A stretch of DNA of 64,000 bases from Candidatus Babeliales bacterium (GTDB lineage: Bacteria; Babelota; Babeliae; Babelales; RVW-14): the NCBI GenBank assembly GCA_019749895.1, contig JAIEPG010000002.1, forward strand, positions 133,750-197,749, read 5' to 3'. A model generated the notes under the pieces. That model had not been told where the DNA came from. It searched no databases and was given only the letters and a program-made list of their open reading frames with translations. Below, one piece after another: positions 61,838 through 64,000 of the stretch (within the stretch, counting starts at the first letter, position 1; every line of letters begins with the position of its first letter). The translations under genes were made by a program, and so were the position numbers.

Positions 61838-62078
61838 TTTAACTCCTTTTCCTCAAACCCTCAGATTCCCCAACCTTACCAGCTAAAAATAATATAAATT
61901 TGCTACCTGAGTCAATAAAAGACTGATTCTGTGCAGCAGATAATAAAGGGAGCACAGCTTTTATTTCAAAACCATTGTACAAACAGAAGGCGAATGCTAA
62001 GATCAAAAAAATCAAAAACGAAATGGCGCAAATAACGCATTGTCAATTTTTGATTAAAAAAAAAGGAAAAAAAGAGAG

Positions 62079-63863
62079 ATGAAGAATTATTTTTGTAAAA
62101 TATTTTTTGTTTTTTTATGCGTCATAATAACAACTCCTTCACAACTTTTCTGCCTTCTAGATTTTGCCAATCGCGATACTAACCTTATCATTAATAGCAA
62201 TGCTGGAACATCCGCACTTCGACTTGGTAGCGTATCAGGAATCACTGGCTGGACACAAGACTCTATCGTTCTTTCATACGGTAATAACGCTCCTTCAAGT
62301 TGGACAGAGGCTTACTCTGCGGGCACACTTATTGGAACAGGCGGCACGGCAGCACCCACAAACTTGGTTTACAACAACAGTAACGCCATCAACGCGCTTG
62401 CACGCTTTGTCCGCACCACCAGTAATGCCATGGTTTATCTCGTTCGAGTTAACAGTAACGCCATTAATGGCATTTACCCACTTGTTAAACAAACTAGTAA
62501 TACTATTAACCGCTACTCAACGCTCGTCAAACAAAACAGTGCTGCTATCAACGCCATGGGCCCTATCGTCAGAACTACTAGTAACTTAATTAACGTTCTA
62601 ACTCCTCTTGTTAAACAAACTAGTAATACTATTAACCGCTACTCAACACTCGTCAAACAAAACAGTGCCGCTATCAACGCCATGGGGCCTATCGTTAGAA
62701 CTACCAGTAACGCTGTTAATGCTGGAGGCACCTCTCAGTTATCCATTCAAAACAGTAATGCGATTATTCTTAAATGCATGCAAATAACAGCAAACAGTAA
62801 TGCTATTATTACATTGAAGAGCCAAGTAAGAACTAACAGTAATGCATTTGCTGCCGGTTCAGTACCATCGGCATTGGCAAAACAAAACAGTAGCGCAATA
62901 ATAACCCTTGAACGCATAGCACACATCTTCACCAACCATTCAAATTTTCTAGCATCAACCAATATTTGCGCCCTCAATTACTACAAAGCAGGGTTAAGTG
63001 TTACCGCTGGCAAAACACTAACATTTAACGATCCTCTTCCAATAAGCGGCAAAATAAACCTGAACAACACCGGCGTATTATCATTTGGCAGTGATGTTTA
63101 TTTTGGAGCCGATGTTTACTTTACCAATGGCGGGCTCTTAAAAGGGAATGGGTACACATTAATTTTGACAGGCAGCTTGACCATTCCTGTAAATAAAACA
63201 GTTCGTATCGATACTAATACCATTATCGATGCTCAAGGTAACAACATAATCCTTGATACAGGTTCAAAATTTGTAGTTTCAGCTGGCGTTACCTTCACAC
63301 TCAAAAACGTCAACCTCAAGAACTTGTCGAGCGTTCAAATAGACTTAGAAGGAGCGGGAACTGCGGCTCTGGCTCTGGCAAACTCAACAATTTTCTTGGA
63401 TCAAAACTTCAACTTTGCCGATGGTAAGTTATTTATTCATGAAGATGTTAATTTATGCGGTACCAATAAGTTTATTTACGAATCAATGTATCCTATGTAT
63501 ATCGCTTCAAATTCAGCGCTCATCTGTAATCCTGCTTCAATATTCAGATACATCCCTGGCGGAGGAGCCAGTCATACTGACAGAACACTGATGCGCTTTG
63601 CTGATACAACATCATTCTTTTATTTGGATAATGCAACACTGGAAGCCCCTGTTAATGGGCTACAAGTTGTCCGCGGAACCATGGCTTTTGATAATAAGTG
63701 CACCATTAAAAACTTCTTAGCAGATGGCACAACTCCTAATATTTCCCGTACTGAAGCGGTAACATTTGGAGACAATACAACCAATAATGATGCTACACTC
63801 TATGTCTTTAGCGGCGCACGTGTTGAAGTAAGTGGATATTTGGACTATAACAATGCAAACTAA
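62079..63863 (+). CDS. Secreted repeat protein: about thirteen 14-residue SNAIN-type repeats followed by a beta-helix-like C-terminal domain
   Basis: Signal peptide (MKNYFCKIFFVFLCVIITTPSQLFC). Tandem 14-aa units follow (SNAINALARFVRTT, SNAINGIYPLVKQT, SNTINRYSTLVKQN, SAAINAMGPIVRTT ...). The C-terminal ~290 aa has a short-strand Gly/Asn-rich pattern. Confidence 0.8.
   Translation: MKNYFCKIFFVFLCVIITTPSQLFCLLDFANRDTNLIINSNAGTSALRLGSVSGITGWTQDSIVLSYGNNAPSSWTEAYSAGTLIGTGGTAAPTNLVYNNSNAINALARFVRTTSNAMVYLVRVNSNAINGIYPLVKQTSNTINRYSTLVKQNSAAINAMGPIVRTTSNLINVLTPLVKQTSNTINRYSTLVKQNSAAINAMGPIVRTTSNAVNAGGTSQLSIQNSNAIILKCMQITANSNAIITLKSQVRTNSNAFAAGSVPSALAKQNSSAIITLERIAHIFTNHSNFLASTNICALNYYKAGLSVTAGKTLTFNDPLPISGKINLNNTGVLSFGSDVYFGADVYFTNGGLLKGNGYTLILTGSLTIPVNKTVRIDTNTIIDAQGNNIILDTGSKFVVSAGVTFTLKNVNLKNLSSVQIDLEGAGTAALALANSTIFLDQNFNFADGKLFIHEDVNLCGTNKFIYESMYPMYIASNSALICNPASIFRYIPGGGASHTDRTLMRFADTTSFFYLDNATLEAPVNGLQVVRGTMAFDNKCTIKNFLADGTTPNISRTEAVTFGDNTTNNDATLYVFSGARVEVSGYLDYNNAN
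62481..62711 (+). repeat. Direct duplication with a 126-bp period inside the repeat-protein gene
   Basis: The 105-nt copies at 62481-62585 and 62607-62711 differ at 5 positions, all synonymous. Both encode the identical 35-aa string LVKQTSNTINRYSTLVKQNSAAINAMGPIVRTTSN. Confidence 0.9.
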
Positions 63864-63888
63864 AACAGTATTTGATAACTAAAATAGT

Positions 63889-64000
63889 ATGGTTATTACC
63901 AAAGAAATGCTTATAAAAATCTCTGATATTTTATGGGAAATTCCAAAAACAACTAGTCTTGACATGCGTGTACCAGCGCGCATTTTTGCAACTGAAAAAA
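63889..64000 (+). CDS. rtcB: RNA ligase RtcB, 5' end only (runs off the window)
   Basis: The translation MVITKEMLIKISDILWEIPKTTSLDMRVPARIFATEK resembles the conserved RtcB N-terminus (...W.IP....MRVP.RIFA...). Only 37 codons are visible. Confidence 0.55.
   Translation, partial: MVITKEMLIKISDILWEIPKTTSLDMRVPARIFATEK

Noticed and set aside
62164-62977. Alternative-frame ORFs (141, 65 and 76 aa) within the repeat-protein gene
   Set aside because: They are embedded in a 594-aa frame with a signal peptide and regular 14-aa periodicity, and the synonymous-only differences between the duplicated segments support that frame.

Overview
This is a moderately AT-rich, very gene-dense stretch of bacterial chromosome. 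kdsB, an lptE-like gene, mlaEF, an outer-membrane barrel gene and secretins indicate a diderm. I cannot name the taxon without a database search. The gene content fits a reduced, host-associated lineage: a secreted ankyrin protein, several secreted low-complexity proteins, tdk salvage and an orphan atpG. I call about 50 protein genes and 7 tRNAs, all with an encoded 3' CCA. I saw no rRNA, CRISPR array, transposase, integrase or prophage signal.

Housekeeping backbone, in order:
- gyrB, tadA, a DksA/TraR-like gene, tRNA-Thr, rpsI (with no rplM beside it), glmS, a Na+/solute symporter, radA, tdk, kdsB, murA and a stand-alone atpG.
- A yacP-like gene, tsaE, then tRNA Tyr-Gly-Thr, tRNA-Thr, rpmG, tRNA-Trp, secE, nusG, rplKAJL and rpoBC. 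No tuf gene is present in this cluster.
- tRNA-Val, rpsO-pnp-rph, lptE-like-holA-fis-like, mreB, an outer-membrane barrel gene, tpiA-secG and mlaEF.
- A LOG-family gene, a class I aldolase, dapF, cysK, gltX and the 5' end of rtcB.

Most interesting content:
1. A translationally coupled operon at about 45.9-55.0 kb encodes a GspC-like protein, secretin A, a PilM::PilN (GspL-like) fusion, a PilO/GspM-like protein and a second paralogous secretin B. No ATPase, platform protein or pilin gene is nearby. An orphan MoxR ATPase and a degenerate NtrC-like response regulator lie just upstream.
2. A 5'-truncated giant protein carries three FAMeT-like beta-sandwich modules, an Inc-like bilobed hydrophobic segment and a eukaryote-like P/G/M/Y-rich tail.
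3. rpoB carries a 63-residue insertion with nine cysteines that looks like a double zinc ribbon.
4. A secreted protein is built from about thirteen 14-residue SNAIN-type repeats. It contains a 126-bp-period duplication whose two copies differ only at synonymous sites.
5. MurA has Asp in place of the fosfomycin-target Cys.
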